The notes under the pieces: generated by a model
Told to the model about the DNA's origin: nothing
The model's input: the letters and a program-made list of their open reading frames with translations, nothing else
Database searches by the model: none
In this document: piece by piece, positions 24,770 through 35,064 of the stretch
Layout of the letters: the number at the start of each line of letters is the position of its first letter
How positions within the stretch are numbered: the first letter of the stretch is position 1
Origin: Usitatibacter sp.
GTDB lineage: Bacteria > Pseudomonadota > Gammaproteobacteria > Burkholderiales > Usitatibacteraceae
NCBI GenBank assembly: GCA_035553995.1
Contig: DATMJE010000060.1
Location: 6,373-70,372 of the forward strand
DNA: 64,000 nt
Reading direction: 5' to 3'
Position numbers and translations under genes: made by a program

Positions 24770-26155
24770 CTAACTGCGCTCGACGGGCGCGAGCTCGCCC
24801 AGCAGCGTGGGCACCAGCTCGGCAACGGTGGGATGGATGCGCACGCCGCGCATGACGTCGTCCACGGTGAGCCCCGCATGCATCGCCTCGACCAGCGTCT
24901 GCACCACCTCGTCTCCCGAGGCGCCGAGGATCGCCGCGCCCAGCAGCCGCCGCGTGCTCGCATCGGCGACGGCCTTCATGAAGCCGAGCGTCTCGCCGCG
25001 CTCGACCGCGCGCGAGACGCGCTTCATCGGGTAGGTTGCGCAAAGCACTTCCGCACCCGAGCGCTTCGCTTCCGCGAGGGAGGCGCCGATGCGGCCCAGC
25101 GGCGGATCGGTATAGAGGGCGTAGATCGGGATCCGGTCGGTCACCTTCCGCGCGGCACCGTGCAGCAGGTTGTCGCGCACGATCTCGTAGTCGTTCCAGG
25201 CCGTGTGGGTGAATGCACCGCGGCCGTTGCAATCGCCCAGCGCGTACACGCCGGCGACGCTCGTCTGCAGGTCGTCGCCCACGCGGATGTAGCCGCGCTT
25301 GTCGGTCTCGATGCCGGCAGCGTCGAGGCCGAGATCGTCGGTGTTCGGCACGCGGCCCGCCGCCCACAGCACGTGGCTCGCCAGCACCTTCGGCTCGCCT
25401 TCGCGGCAATCGACCGACACGCTCACGCCCCCGGCATGGGGCTCGAGGCCGATGCATTTCGCATCCGCGCGCACCGCGATGCCCTCGCCTTCGAGGATCT
25501 CGCGCACCGCCTGCGAGATGTCCTCGTCCTCGCGGCCGATGAGGCGCGGTCCCATCTCGACCACGGTCACGCGCGCGCCGAAGCGCCGGAACATCTGCGC
25601 GAACTCGAGCCCGACGTAGCTGCCGCCGATCACCGCGAGGTGGGCCGGCAGCGTGTCCACGTCCATCACGGTCTCGCTGGTGAGGCAGGGCACACCGTGG
25701 GCCTGCTCCGCCGTGGGACGCGCCGAGCGGCCGCCCACGTCGATGAAGACCTGCGGCGCTTCGAGGGCCTCGCCGCCCGCTTCGATGGCGTGCGGCGCAG
25801 TGAAACGCGCGTGCCCCTGCAGGACGGTGAGGTTGGCCGTGCCGCGCAGCCACTTCTCCACCCCACCGCTGGAGTGCGCGACGATCGCGTCCTTGCGCGC
25901 CTTCACGCGGCGCATGTCGACCCGCACCTCGCCGCCCACGTCGACGCCGTACTCCGCCGACCTGCGCGCCATGTGGGCCGCATGAGCCGATGCGACCATG
26001 GCCTTGGTGGGCGTGCAACCGTTGTTCACGCACGTGCCGCCGAAGGCGCCACGCTCGACGATCGCGACACGCTGTCCTGCCGCGGCCAGCGCGGCCGCGA
26101 GGGCGGGGCCGGCCTGCCCGGTCCCGATCACGATCGCATCGAAGGTCTTTGCCAT
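24770..26155 (-). CDS. FAD-dependent pyridine nucleotide-disulfide oxidoreductase (MerA/RclA-like core)
   Basis: 461 aa. GTGQAGP FAD motif, redox-active disulfide GGTCVNNGCTPTK, and C-terminal HPTVAE dimerisation motif. There is no NmerA domain and no C-terminal Cys pair. Confidence 0.9.
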   Translation of the reverse strand: MAKTFDAIVIGTGQAGPALAAALAAAGQRVAIVERGAFGGTCVNNGCTPTKAMVASAHAAHMARRSAEYGVDVGGEVRVDMRRVKARKDAIVAHSSGGVEKWLRGTANLTVLQGHARFTAPHAIEAGGEALEAPQVFIDVGGRSARPTAEQAHGVPCLTSETVMDVDTLPAHLAVIGGSYVGLEFAQMFRRFGARVTVVEMGPRLIGREDEDISQAVREILEGEGIAVRADAKCIGLEPHAGGVSVSVDCREGEPKVLASHVLWAAGRVPNTDDLGLDAAGIETDKRGYIRVGDDLQTSVAGVYALGDCNGRGAFTHTAWNDYEIVRDNLLHGAARKVTDRIPIYALYTDPPLGRIGASLAEAKRSGAEVLCATYPMKRVSRAVERGETLGFMKAVADASTRRLLGAAILGASGDEVVQTLVEAMHAGLTVDDVMRGVRIHPTVAELVPTLLGELAPVERS

Positions 26156-26282
26156 TTTCGCCAGGACGGCACCGGTGCGCCGCCGTTCGCCCGTGGATCC
26201 CTGCGCAAGGGTACGCCGATTGCTACATCCGCAATATCGCTGTCGTGCTGCTGAAGGCTGCCGCCGCTACGATGAAATCGCC

Positions 26283-26528
26283 ATGAGTGACACCCTCATC
26301 ACGGTCTACCGCTTCCGCAGCGTCGGCAGCGGGCCCACCATATCGCCGCAGCGCATGTGGGGCACGCCCGAGGCCATCGCCTCGCTCACCGCGTGCGAGC
26401 CCATCCCGTCGAGCGCCCGGCAGGTCCATCCCAAGTTGCTGGAGGAAGGCTTCTTCTTCGAGCAGGTGGACAGCTCGTACATCAAGATCGAGCAGGCCGA
26501 AGCCGCGCCTCAGCTCTTCAGCCGGTAG
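26283..26528 (+). CDS. hypothetical protein (81 aa)
   Basis: ATG-initiated ORF with high GC3. No family recognised. The 3' end overlaps the convergent permease gene by 19 nt. Confidence 0.45.
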   Translation: MSDTLITVYRFRSVGSGPTISPQRMWGTPEAIASLTACEPIPSSARQVHPKLLEEGFFFEQVDSSYIKIEQAEAAPQLFSR

Positions 26529-27267
26529 CCCGTCCGGAAGATCCACCACGCCCCCGCGAGGCACGCCGCGAAGAACGCGAGCGTCATCCCGAAGCTCATC
26601 GCCACGCTCACGTCGGACGTGCCGAAGAAGGCCCAGCGGAAGCCGCTGATGAGGTACACCACGGGATTCACCAGGCTGAACGTGCGCCATGCCCCGGGCA
26701 GCATGTCGATCGAGTAGAAGGCGCCGCCGAGGAACGTGAGCGGCGTGATCACGAGCATCGGGATGAACTGCAACTGCTCGAAGCCCTTGGCCCAGATGCC
26801 GATGATGAAGCCGAACAGGCAGAAGGTGGCCGCCGTGAGCAGCAGGAAGGCCGCCATCCAGATCGGGTGCGCGAGGTGGACCGGCACGAAGAGGTTCGCC
26901 GTCGCGAGGATCACGAGCCCCAGCAGCACCGACTTCGTGGCCGCGGCACCCACGTAGGCGAGCACGATCTCGAAGGGCGAGATCGGCGCCGACAGCACCT
27001 CGTAGATCGTCCCCGTGAAGCGCGGCAGGTAGATGCCGAACGACGCGTTGTTGAGGCTCTCGGTCAGCACGGACAGCATGATGAGGCCGGGGACGATGAA
27101 GGCGCCGTACGGCACGCCGTCGATCTCGGCCATGCGCCGCCCGATCGCCGCGCCGAACACCACGAAGTAGAGCGAGGTCGTGATCACCGGCGTCACCAGG
27201 CTCTGCCACAGCGTGCGGCGGAAGCGCGCCATCTCGAAGCCGTAGATCGCGGCGACGGAGTGGCGGT

Positions 27268-27271
<4 letters not shown>
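26510..27271 (-). CDS. ABC-2 type transporter permease (YadH-like)
   Basis: 253 aa, collinear with E. coli YadH as recalled from memory ([33 protein letters not shown]). TTG start overlaps the ATPase stop (TTGA at 27268-27271). Confidence 0.85.
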
Positions 27272-28197
<926 letters not shown>

Positions 28198-28267
28198 CGG
28201 GGCGCGAAGCAGTATGCCCGAGCCCGCCGCGCCCCGCAGGCGCTTCGTACGCTACCGCGGCCCGGCC

Positions 28268-28726
28268 TCAGGCTTCGGGCTTCTCGGTGGGCAGGCCTGC
28301 CCGCAGCCAGGCATCCACGCCGCCGCGCAGGCTCACCGCGCCGGAGAAGCCGGCGTCGTTCACGATCGCGGTGCTCTCGGCGCCGAGGGCGGGCTCGGCG
28401 CTGCAGATGATGATCGGCTGCGTGCGGTCGAACGCGGGGTCGTCGGGGAGCAGCGAGCGCAGCCGCGCCACCGGAATGTTCACGGCGCCTGCGATGTGGC
28501 CCTGGTCGAAGGCTTCGCGCGGGCGCACGTCGATCACGATCGCGCCCGCGTCGATGAGCGAGCGGGCATGCGCCGCGTCGACTTCGCGCACGTTGAAGCG
28601 GCTCGAGGCTTCGTACGCGGGCCGGGCGTCAGCCTGCTGCAAGTTTGCCATCCACGCAGCGATCGCCAGCACGATGGCGATGCCGACGGCCAACAGGCGC
28701 GCGCGGCGTTCGACGATTCGGGTCAT
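28268..28726 (-). CDS. membrane-anchored rhodanese-like domain protein
   Basis: 152 aa. N-terminal TM anchor, rhodanese fold (IDVRPREAFDQGHIAGAVNIP) and candidate catalytic Cys in IIICSAE. Confidence 0.8.
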   Translation of the reverse strand: MTRIVERRARLLAVGIAIVLAIAAWMANLQQADARPAYEASSRFNVREVDAAHARSLIDAGAIVIDVRPREAFDQGHIAGAVNIPVARLRSLLPDDPAFDRTQPIIICSAEPALGAESTAIVNDAGFSGAVSLRGGVDAWLRAGLPTEKPEA

Positions 28727-28781
28727 CGCAGGTTCCGGTTCGGTGGAGCGAGCGAGCGTAACAAGGGGGCCATGCGCGGCG

Positions 28782-28797
28782 TGTGATCCGCATCACA
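28782..28797. promoter_or_regulatory. CRP/FNR-family consensus binding site TGTGA-N6-TCACA
   Basis: Exact TGTGATCCGCATCACA in the divergent intergenic region between the rhodanese gene and the gene at 28882. Confidence 0.4.
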
Positions 28798-28881
28798 ATC
28801 GCAATCGCCAATATGGCGCGGTTGCAATTGAAAACCGCGCCGCCGTAGACGAAGGCGGGTGTTTCTTGGGATTATGGTCCC

Positions 28882-29769
28882 ATGAGTCCGGAGACACACG
28901 GCCGCGATGCCCTGTACTCCGCGGTGATGAGGCTGCTGCGCCCGCTGGTGCGAATCCTTCTCAACCGCGGCGTGCCCTACAACATGTTCGCGGAGATCGC
29001 CCGCTGGGCCTACGTCGAGGTGGCGATGAAGGATTTCGCCATCCCCGGGCGCAAGCAGACCGATTCGCGGGTGTCCGTCCTGACGGGCCTCACCCGCAAG
29101 GATGTCGCGCGCATCAAGTCGCTCGACAAGCCCGAGGATCGCGCTGCCGAGCTTTCGTACAACCGTGCGGCACGCGTGGTGAGCGCCTGGTCGCGCGAAT
29201 ATCCGATGGAAGGCACCGCGAGCGGCGTGGCCCCGTTGCCGATGGAGGGCAAGGACGGGTTCGCCGACCTCGTCCGGCGCAACAGCGGCGACATGCCGCT
29301 GCGCGCCGTCATCGACGAGCTGCTGCGCATCGGCGCGATCCGCATGCGCGAGGACACCGGCGAGGTCGAGCTGCTGAACCGGCACTACGTGCCGCCGCAG
29401 GGCGAGAAGCGCAAGCTCGTGTATCTCGGCGACGACGTGGCGGATCTCATCGCGACCATCGGCCACAACCTGGACGCCAAGCCGAGCGAGACCATGTTCC
29501 AGCGCAAGGTCTTCTACGACAACGTGCCGCGAGAGCACCTCGAATCGGTGCGCACTCTCGCGCGGCGCCGCGGCGAGGCGGCGGTCGACACGCTGGTGCG
29601 GGACCTGGCCGCGCACGACCGCGACGCCAACCCGAAGGTGGACGGCACGGGCCGCTATCGCGCGGTGGTCGGCGTGTACTACTACGAGGAGCCGTTCGAA
29701 GACGAGGAAGCCGAGTCGCAGGCGCTTTCGCGGATGCCGCGCGAGCGCGCGCGGCGCGCCCGGGGCTAG
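28882..29769 (+). CDS. hypothetical protein (DUF6502-like by recollection)
   Basis: 295 aa with genome-typical codon bias and an N-terminal helical/HTH-like region. The family name comes from memory only. Confidence 0.6.
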   Translation: MSPETHGRDALYSAVMRLLRPLVRILLNRGVPYNMFAEIARWAYVEVAMKDFAIPGRKQTDSRVSVLTGLTRKDVARIKSLDKPEDRAAELSYNRAARVVSAWSREYPMEGTASGVAPLPMEGKDGFADLVRRNSGDMPLRAVIDELLRIGAIRMREDTGEVELLNRHYVPPQGEKRKLVYLGDDVADLIATIGHNLDAKPSETMFQRKVFYDNVPREHLESVRTLARRRGEAAVDTLVRDLAAHDRDANPKVDGTGRYRAVVGVYYYEEPFEDEEAESQALSRMPRERARRARG

Positions 29770-29773
29770 AAAG

Positions 29774-30700
29774 TCAACGCACGGGCGCGCGCCGCGCCGA
29801 CGAGATCACGATCCCAACGGCGATCAGCGCGAACGCGGCCGCGTGGTACCAGCGCGGCGTGGCACCCAGCACCGCGAGCGAGAGCAGCGCCGTGAAGAGC
29901 GGCGTGAGATTCGAGAAGAGCGCCGCCACCGTGGGGCCCACGCGCGCGACTCCTTCGCCCCAAGCGTAATACGCGAGCACCGCGGGGCCCAGCGCCACGT
30001 ACGCCAATGCGCCCAGCAGCGCGGGCGTCCACGCGATCGCGTGCGGATGCAACGCCTGCTCCGCCGCGGCGCCGGCCGCCGCCCACAGGGCGCCGAACGC
30101 GACCTGCACGATGAGCATCTCCGCCCAGTTCCAGCGCGGGCGCGCATCGCCCCGCATCGACGCCGGCGGGCGAACCAGCATCCAGCTGTAGATCGCCCAC
30201 GCGAGCGTGGCGAGCACCATGTAGAGGTCGCCCGCGACGAAGCGAAGGCCGAGCAGCGTGGCGGCACTTCCGCGCGAGAGCACCAGCAGCACGCCCACGA
30301 TGGAGAGCGTCGCACCGGCCGCCTGCCGCCACGTGGGCAGCGTGCGAAAGCCCACCATGCCGACCAGCAGCATCCACAGCGACGAGCTTGCCGCGATCAG
30401 CGTCACGTTCAGCGGCGTGGACGACGTGAGCGCGAGGTACTGGAACGCGTTGTAGCAACCGATGCCGAGCAGGCCCACGAGCGCGAGGTAGCGCCAGCGC
30501 AGCGCGATCTCCCGCGGACGCGAGAAGGCGCGGAAGCCCAGCGGCAGCAGGAACACGAACGCGAGCGACCAGCGCAGCGCGTTCAGCGCGAGCGGCGGGA
30601 TGCTCGCCACGACGATCGCGCCCAGCACCGCATTGCCTGCCCACAGCAGCGGCGGCAACGTGAGCAACGCGGCGGTTCGCCACGACATCCGGGTGTTCAT
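29774..30700 (-). CDS. DMT superfamily (EamA-type) transporter
   Basis: 308 aa with about 10 TM helices arranged as two EamA repeats. Confidence 0.9.
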   Translation of the reverse strand: MNTRMSWRTAALLTLPPLLWAGNAVLGAIVVASIPPLALNALRWSLAFVFLLPLGFRAFSRPREIALRWRYLALVGLLGIGCYNAFQYLALTSSTPLNVTLIAASSSLWMLLVGMVGFRTLPTWRQAAGATLSIVGVLLVLSRGSAATLLGLRFVAGDLYMVLATLAWAIYSWMLVRPPASMRGDARPRWNWAEMLIVQVAFGALWAAAGAAAEQALHPHAIAWTPALLGALAYVALGPAVLAYYAWGEGVARVGPTVAALFSNLTPLFTALLSLAVLGATPRWYHAAAFALIAVGIVISSARRAPVR

Positions 30701-30759
30701 GGAAGGTACGCGCTTTCTTGTCTATACTCGGGCGCGATTGCGCTCTTCAGGGAGGAGCC

Positions 30760-31980
30760 ATGATCGACCGCCGCCGTTTCATCACCGGGATCGGCATTCC
30801 GGCCCTTGCATCGCTGTCGCCGCTCGCCCGCGCCGGCGCGAAAGTATGGCAGCCGTCCGAGCTTCCCGAAGGGGCCACCTCGCCCGCCGTGCTCGAAGCG
30901 CTGCCGGGCAAGGTCCCGCTCATCAAGCGCACCTACCGCCCGCCCAACTTCGAGACGCCGATCGAGCTCCTGCGCGAGCCCATCACGCGCAACGATGCGT
31001 TCTTCGTCCGCTACCACCTCGCGGGCATTCCGCACGTCGATGCGAAGACGTGGCGCCTGTCCGTCGGCGGCGATGGCGCCAATGACAAGCGCGAGTTCGA
31101 CCTCGCCGGGCTGCGCAGGCAGTTCGAGCGCGCGGAGATCGTGGCCGTGTGCCAATGCTCGGGCAACCGGCGCGGCATGTTCCAGCCGCATGTCCAGGGC
31201 GTGGAGTGGGGCGTGGGCGCGATGGGCAATGCGCGCTGGACGGGCATCCGGCTGCGCGACCTCCTGAACCACGTCGGCATCGGCAAGGACGCGGTCGAGG
31301 TCGCCTTCGATGGCGCCGACGTGCCGGCGATCCAGGCGACGCCGGACTTCATGAAGAGCATCCCCATCGAGCGCGCGCTCGACGGGAACACGCTCGTCGC
31401 ATTCGAGATGAACGGCAAGCCGTTGCCGCACTGGAATGGCTATCCCGCGCGTCTCATCGTGCCCGGCTGGACGGGCACCTACTGGGTCAAGCATCTCACC
31501 AGCATCGAGGTGCGCACGAAACCGCTCGCCAATTTCTGGATGGCCACGGCGTACCGCATTCCCGCGGGCAAGTTCGCCCACGTCGATCGCTTCCCGACGC
31601 AGGAAACGCAGGCGAACCAGCCGATCACCGACATCGTGGTCAATTCGCTGGTGACCTCGATCCACGACGGCCAGCGCGTGCGCCGCGGCGAGCCCGTGGA
31701 GGTCGCCGGCATCGCATGGGACGGGGGCCGCGGCATCCGCGACGTCGAGGTTTCCAGCGACGGCGGCAGCTCGTGGTACGTCGCCCAGCTGGGCAGGGAC
31801 CTGGGCCCGTTCTCCTTCCGCACCTTCCGCCACGTCTTCCGCCCGGAAGAAAGCGGCACGGCGACCGTCGCGGTGCGGGCGTTCAACAATCGCGGCGACA
31901 CGCAGGTGGCGCAGCTCATCGCGAATCCGGCGGGCTACCACCACAACGTGATCCAGCGCATCAGGCTCGAGGTGGCGTGA
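30760..31980 (+). CDS. sulfite dehydrogenase/oxidase molybdopterin subunit (SorA-like), Tat-exported
   Basis: Tat motif DRRRFITG after a GGAGGAG ribosome-binding site. Molybdenum-ligand Cys context CQCSGNRRG. C-terminal dimerisation domain. Confidence 0.85.
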   Translation: MIDRRRFITGIGIPALASLSPLARAGAKVWQPSELPEGATSPAVLEALPGKVPLIKRTYRPPNFETPIELLREPITRNDAFFVRYHLAGIPHVDAKTWRLSVGGDGANDKREFDLAGLRRQFERAEIVAVCQCSGNRRGMFQPHVQGVEWGVGAMGNARWTGIRLRDLLNHVGIGKDAVEVAFDGADVPAIQATPDFMKSIPIERALDGNTLVAFEMNGKPLPHWNGYPARLIVPGWTGTYWVKHLTSIEVRTKPLANFWMATAYRIPAGKFAHVDRFPTQETQANQPITDIVVNSLVTSIHDGQRVRRGEPVEVAGIAWDGGRGIRDVEVSSDGGSSWYVAQLGRDLGPFSFRTFRHVFRPEESGTATVAVRAFNNRGDTQVAQLIANPAGYHHNVIQRIRLEVA

Positions 31981-32270
31981 TGGACGGCATGCGTGTGATG
32001 GCGGTGCTCGCGGCGTCGGCCGTGGGCGCGGTCGCCCTCGCGGGCGAAGAGAAGGTGCGGCTTGCCGCGGGTCCGGGGCTCGACAAGGTGCAGCAGAACT
32101 GCATTTCCTGCCACAGCCTCGACTACATCCCGCTCAATTCGCCGTTCCTCGACGAGAAGGGCTGGGAGGCCACGGTGACCAAGATGACCAAGGCCTACGG
32201 CGCACCGATCAAGCCGGAGGATGTGCCGGTCATCGCCCAGTACCTGGCGAGGAATTACGGCAAGCGCTGA
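31980..32270 (+). CDS. c-type cytochrome (SorB-like)
   Basis: 96 aa with a signal peptide and one CxxCH motif (CISCH). The ATG overlaps the sorA-like stop by 1 nt (TGATG). Confidence 0.8.
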   Translation: MDGMRVMAVLAASAVGAVALAGEEKVRLAAGPGLDKVQQNCISCHSLDYIPLNSPFLDEKGWEATVTKMTKAYGAPIKPEDVPVIAQYLARNYGKR

Positions 32271-32291
32271 GCGACGGGCTCGCCGGGCGCC

Positions 32292-32717
32292 TCACTTGCG
32301 GCGCCTGATGCAGTCGAGATAGCGCGCATTGTCGAAGCCGGCGCCGTGGCGCTGCGCCTGCCAGAGCGTTTCCGCGAGGCATTCCATCACGTCGTGCTGC
32401 GCGTCGTGCGCGGAATCGCGGCGCCGCGCGAGTGCCTGCACCGCATCGCGAATGCCGGGCGGCTGGTCGATCGAGAGCTGCTCCTCGATCGCGAGGTGCA
32501 TCTGCAGGTGCATGAAGGGATTGGTCTCGCCGCCTTCGGGCTTCCAGTCGCGATCGAGATAGCGCTCGCGGTCCTCGAGCACGGCGTGGTACTCCGGATG
32601 CCGCAGGATCACGTCCAGCGTGAGCGCTTCCAGCGGCGTGAGCACCTCCGCCGCGCGATGCTTGCGCCAGGTCTCGAACAGGAACTCGCGCGCCTGGTTG
32701 CGGCTGGGGTTAAACAC
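32292..32717 (-). CDS. DUF1841 family protein
   Basis: 141 aa from GTG ([19 protein letters not shown]...), the typical DUF1841 N-terminus. Overlaps the nth stop by 8 nt. Confidence 0.8.
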   Translation of the reverse strand: MFNPSRNQAREFLFETWRKHRAAEVLTPLEALTLDVILRHPEYHAVLEDRERYLDRDWKPEGGETNPFMHLQMHLAIEEQLSIDQPPGIRDAVQALARRRDSAHDAQHDVMECLAETLWQAQRHGAGFDNARYLDCIRRRK

Positions 32718-33408
32718 GCCGGCCCTTCGGCAGGACGCTCTTTTTCGGCGCATCGGCCGCGGCCATCTCCGCCGCGATCTTCTTCTTCTCGGGGAACTCG
32801 CACGGCGCGAAGATCGGGCACTTGCCGCAAAGGGGCTTGCGCGCGATGCAGGTGTAGCGGCCGTGCAGGATCAAATAGTGGTGCGCGTTGCGCAGGTACT
32901 GCTTCGGCGTGACCTTGAGCAGCTTCGTCTCCACCTCGAGCGGGTCCTTGCCGGGTGCCAGCCCGGTGCGGTTCGCCACGCGGAAGACGTGCGTATCCAC
33001 CGCGAGGGTGAGCTCCTCGAACGCGACATTGAGCACGACGTTCGCGGTCTTGCGGCCCACGCCGGGCAGCGCCTCCAACGCTTCGCGCGTGCGCGGCACC
33101 TCGCCGCCATGCTCGGCGAGGATGATCTCGGAGAGCTTCACCACGTTCTTCGCCTTGCCGCGATAGAGCCCGATCGTGCGGATGTATTCCTCGAGCCCTG
33201 CCACGCCGAGCTTCGCGATCCTGGCGGGCGTGTTGGCGACGGGGAAGAGCTTCTGCGTGGCGAGGTTCACGCTCTTGTCGGTGGCCTGCGCCGAGAGCAC
33301 CACCGCGACCAGCAGCTCGAAGGGCGTCGTGTATTCGAGCTCGCTCTTCGGCTCCGGCATCGCCTCGGCGAGCCGTCGGTAGAGCTCCTCGCGCTTCGCC
33401 GGGCTCAT
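32710..33408 (-). CDS. nth: endonuclease III
   Basis: 232 aa. HhH-GPD motif [13 protein letters not shown] and Fe-S cluster [17 protein letters not shown]. The ATG overlaps the upstream stop (ATGA). Confidence 0.95.
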   Translation of the reverse strand: MSPAKREELYRRLAEAMPEPKSELEYTTPFELLVAVVLSAQATDKSVNLATQKLFPVANTPARIAKLGVAGLEEYIRTIGLYRGKAKNVVKLSEIILAEHGGEVPRTREALEALPGVGRKTANVVLNVAFEELTLAVDTHVFRVANRTGLAPGKDPLEVETKLLKVTPKQYLRNAHHYLILHGRYTCIARKPLCGKCPIFAPCEFPEKKKIAAEMAAADAPKKSVLPKGRRV

Positions 33409-33917
33409 TCGTACGACGCGAGGCGCGCGGCGTGCTCGCGCTCCTCGCGCTCGAGGCGCAGGGCGCGGAAGCGGAAACGCTCGCGCGAATCGTCCGCCGC
33501 GGGCAACGCGGCCACAGGCTCGAAGTCGATGCAGTCCACGGGGCAGGGCGGCACGCACAGCTCGCAGCCCGTGCACCATGCGGCGATCACGGTGTGCATG
33601 CGTTGGCGCGCGCCGACGATCGCATCCACGGGACACGCGTGGATGCACTTCATGCAGCCGATGCAGGTCGCCTCGTCGATCACCGCCACGCGCGGCAGCC
33701 CCGGCTCTCCACAGGCGCGATCAACAGGTCGCGGCTTGCGCCCCGCGGCGAGCGCCAGGCGCGCGGCGCCCTCGTCGCCTCCCGGCGGACAACGGTCGAT
33801 GTCCGCCTCGCCCGCGGCGATGGCCTCGGCATAGGGCAGGCAGCCGGGAAAGCCGCAGCGCGTGCATTGCGTCTGCGGCAGCAGCGCATCCAGGCGCCGG
33901 GCAAGGTCGGAACTCAT
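33405..33917 (-). CDS. RnfB-like ferredoxin (electron transport complex subunit B family)
   Basis: 170 aa. N-terminal CTRCGFPGC cluster motif plus two ferredoxin motifs, [12 protein letters not shown] and [12 protein letters not shown]. Lies upstream of nth, as is usual in beta/gammaproteobacteria. Confidence 0.85.
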   Translation of the reverse strand: MSSDLARRLDALLPQTQCTRCGFPGCLPYAEAIAAGEADIDRCPPGGDEGAARLALAAGRKPRPVDRACGEPGLPRVAVIDEATCIGCMKCIHACPVDAIVGARQRMHTVIAAWCTGCELCVPPCPVDCIDFEPVAALPAADDSRERFRFRALRLEREEREHAARLASYE

Positions 33918-34972
33918 CGCAGGTCTTCGGAGGTGAGCGGGCTGAAGGCGAGGCCTGCCTCGTGGGCGAGGCCTTCGTGGACCACGCGGCCGCGCCACAG
34001 GAGCACGCCGCAACGCAAGGCTCCATTATCGCGCACCGCGGCGGCGATGCCGCGCTCGCACATCTCCTGCACGAACGGCAGTGACGCCTCCCAGAGGGCG
34101 GCTGCGCTTTCGCGCGGGCGGGCGGCGGGCATGTTGGGGACGCAGTAATGGACCACGCCCTCCTCGACATAGGCGGGATCCGCGTGAGTGGTCGGCCGCG
34201 AGGTCTCGGCCACGCCCCCGGCATCGATCGAGATGTCCACGATCATGGCGCCGCGCCGCATGCGGCGCACGAGCGAGCGGGGCAGGAGCTTCGGCGTGCG
34301 CATCGCGGGCACGAAGACCGCGCCCACGACGAGGTCCGCCTGCAGCGCCGCCGCCTCGATGCTGGCGGCAGTGGCGGCATCCGCGGCCAGCCCTTCGCGC
34401 CTTGCCGCGACGATGGAAGCCCCGGAGCGGGTGAGGACCACGACCTCGGCACCGTGAGCCCTGGCAGCCTGCGCGGCCGCGAGCCCCGCATGTCCCGCGC
34501 CGAGCACGAGGACGCGCCGGGGCGCCCCCCGCAGGATGTCGCTCGCGACGTCGATCGCCATGCGGCCCGCGATCACCGACATCGGGGCCAGCAGCGGAAA
34601 CTCGCCGCGGACGTCGCGCACCATCTCGAACGCGATGGCCGTCGACCCGCGCGCGGCGAGCGCGCGCGTGCGCTGCGGCTCGCCCGGCAGGTGCTGGAAG
34701 CCGAAGATGACGCGGCCATGAGGCAATGTCGCGAGCTCGGATTCCTGCAGCTCCTTCACCTTGACCACCAGCTCCGCTTCCCAGGCGCCCTCGGCATCGA
34801 CCATGCGTGCGCCGGCCGCGGCATAGGCCTCGTCTGCAATGCCGATGCCAGCACCCGCCCCGCGCTCGATACGAATCTCGTGTCCGTCACTCGCAAGGGT
34901 GCGCACCATGTCCGGGCCAAGGCCCATGCGGCGTTCACCCTCCTTCACCTCGCGCGGCACGCCGACGATCAT
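33914..34972 (-). CDS. ald: alanine dehydrogenase
   Basis: Start chosen at [10 protein letters not shown] (typical Ald N-terminus). [25 protein letters not shown] and [27 protein letters not shown] motifs. Confidence 0.85.
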   Translation of the reverse strand: MIVGVPREVKEGERRMGLGPDMVRTLASDGHEIRIERGAGAGIGIADEAYAAAGARMVDAEGAWEAELVVKVKELQESELATLPHGRVIFGFQHLPGEPQRTRALAARGSTAIAFEMVRDVRGEFPLLAPMSVIAGRMAIDVASDILRGAPRRVLVLGAGHAGLAAAQAARAHGAEVVVLTRSGASIVAARREGLAADAATAASIEAAALQADLVVGAVFVPAMRTPKLLPRSLVRRMRRGAMIVDISIDAGGVAETSRPTTHADPAYVEEGVVHYCVPNMPAARPRESAAALWEASLPFVQEMCERGIAAAVRDNGALRCGVLLWRGRVVHEGLAHEAGLAFSPLTSEDLR

Positions 34973-35064
34973 CGCGTCGGCCTCTTGGTGCATTGCAGGA
35001 ATAGTCCTGATGGAGGGGATGTTTCCCCGTCACCGTACGCGCCGATGCGCGGGAAACCAGGGAG

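Noticed and set aside
24770-26155. Calling this gene mercuric reductase merA
   Set aside because: It has the CxxxxC flavoprotein core but lacks the NmerA domain and the C-terminal Cys-Cys pair needed for Hg(II) hand-off. No merR or merP is present. It is kept as a generic MerA/RclA-like disulfide oxidoreductase.
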